From an uncultured cyanobacterium (lineage in GTDB: Bacteria; Cyanobacteriota; Cyanobacteriia; PCC-9006; JAAUQQ01), in the NCBI GenBank assembly GCA_963718615.1, contig OY970368.1, forward strand, positions 2,656,001 through 2,720,000: a DNA stretch of 64,000 nucleotides, in the 5' to 3' direction. The notes below the pieces were generated by a model. It searched no databases. It had not been told where the DNA came from and saw only the letters and a list, made by a program, of their open reading frames with translations. Of the stretch, positions 62,911-64,000 are shown one piece after another (position 1 is the stretch's first letter; every line of letters starts with the position of its first letter). Position numbers and translations under genes: made by a program.

Positions 62911-64000
62911 ATGGCCCAGACGATTAGTCCGCTTCCCCCCCTCGAACAATTCGGTTCGGAGCAACAGCTTAAATCGTACTTCCTAGAAACGGCCCTCAAG
63001 CAATATTCGTCGCTCTTTGGCCAAGAGGCTTATCCCTACTATCCCTATCTTTATACGAAAGGCGGAGGGGCTTTAGCGGATTTCCCAGTCGCCTCAGATG
63101 TAGGTTTTCAAGCCTCGAATGGCTCGGCCACTAGCACGACGGTCAGCAATCCGAGCTATTCCCAAACCAACACCCAAGAGCAAGGGGTGGATGAAGCGGA
63201 TCTCGTCGAAACCAACGGTAAGTTTATCTATCAAGTCGATAATCAGAAGCTGACCGTTATTGATGCTCGTAATCCTACCCATTTAGCCATTACCTTTCAA
63301 AAGGATCTGTCGGACCTTGGCAATATCCAGGGTATGTATCTGTATAACAATCAGCTTACGGTGGTTTCGACGCAGGCGTTTTGGCCCTTAGCCTATCGGA
63401 GTACAGGGGCGATCGCCAGCATCTTCCCACCTTATAATTACGAACCCACGGTTAAAATTAGCGTTTTTGATGTTTCCAATCCCCGCTCGATCAAACTCCA
63501 GGAAAGCTCAACCCTGGATGGAACGCTGCTGTCATCCCGTGCGGTCGGTGACAAGGTTTATGTGGTGACCCAGGACAGCTTTGGCTTGCCCGCCCCTGAG
63601 ACGGTTTATAAACCTAGACTAGTTCTAGATAGGGCCACCGCTCAAACGGTTGCGCCCGCCGATGACCTATCCATCAGTGCCAAAGCCTCTACCCTCTTGT
63701 TTCCCCCCTCCTATCCCCAGGGCTATCGCTACGAAACGAAGGCAGAATACCTAAAACGGATCCAAGGAAAAGAACTAGCGCTCGCATTACCTGAATATAC
63801 GACGGTGGATGGTCGCGGTAAAACCGTCAGCGAAGGGCTGCTAAACCAGGCTCAGGATATCTATAAACCGCTGACGGCACAGCCCTACAACATGGCATCG
63901 GTTTCGATGTTTGATGTGGATGATCGGCATCTAGGACCCGATGCTTCCATTGGCGTACCGACCAACAATTTGAGCGAGGTTTACATGTCCCAAGAGAACC
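62911..64000 (+). CDS. secreted-type beta-propeller domain protein, runs off the window end
   Basis: own translation MAQTISPLPPLEQF...YSQTNTQEQGVDEADLVETNGKFIY...FDVSNP...LDGTLLSSRAVGDKVYVV; GGAG RBS. Confidence 0.85.
   Translation, partial: MAQTISPLPPLEQFGSEQQLKSYFLETALKQYSSLFGQEAYPYYPYLYTKGGGALADFPVASDVGFQASNGSATSTTVSNPSYSQTNTQEQGVDEADLVETNGKFIYQVDNQKLTVIDARNPTHLAITFQKDLSDLGNIQGMYLYNNQLTVVSTQAFWPLAYRSTGAIASIFPPYNYEPTVKISVFDVSNPRSIKLQESSTLDGTLLSSRAVGDKVYVVTQDSFGLPAPETVYKPRLVLDRATAQTVAPADDLSISAKASTLLFPPSYPQGYRYETKAEYLKRIQGKELALALPEYTTVDGRGKTVSEGLLNQAQDIYKPLTAQPYNMASVSMFDVDDRHLGPDASIGVPTNNLSEVYMSQEN

Overview
Cyanobacterial chromosomal window: HIP1 (GCGATCGC) is abundant throughout, and ycf54, chlL/chlN and an HpsJ-family gene are present. 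Most of it is housekeeping (pdxJ, folD-crtE, rpsU, ispD, cax, ubiD, hisA, ppa, apt, rdgB, pgm, iscA, glmM, slt). No rRNA, tRNA, CRISPR array or transposase was recognised. Two loci stand out. (1) At 42282-42770 a small, probably secreted protein carries six tandem variants of the HetR-binding RG(S/T)GR peptide (YRATGR, YRASGR x3, YRGSER x2). It sits behind a TCCGGA-N17-GTAGA (DIF1-type) promoter, so it looks like a multi-core PatX-like signalling precursor. (2) At 6431-13906 a surface-protein locus includes a 1106-aa protein that appears to combine an N-terminal Cys-Gln thioester domain (typical of Gram-positive covalent adhesins), a SdrD-B stalk and a C-terminal FrpC-type self-processing module with Ser-Pro instead of Asp-Pro. 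Next to it are a minimal PEP-CTERM micro-protein and an RTX/cadherin adhesin. Other points are a metallo-beta-lactamase-fold protein lacking its metal ligands, a pseudo-receiver/PAS protein, a probable AtpTheta micro-protein and pervasive short tandem duplications. All family calls come from motif recognition by eye; no searches were run.
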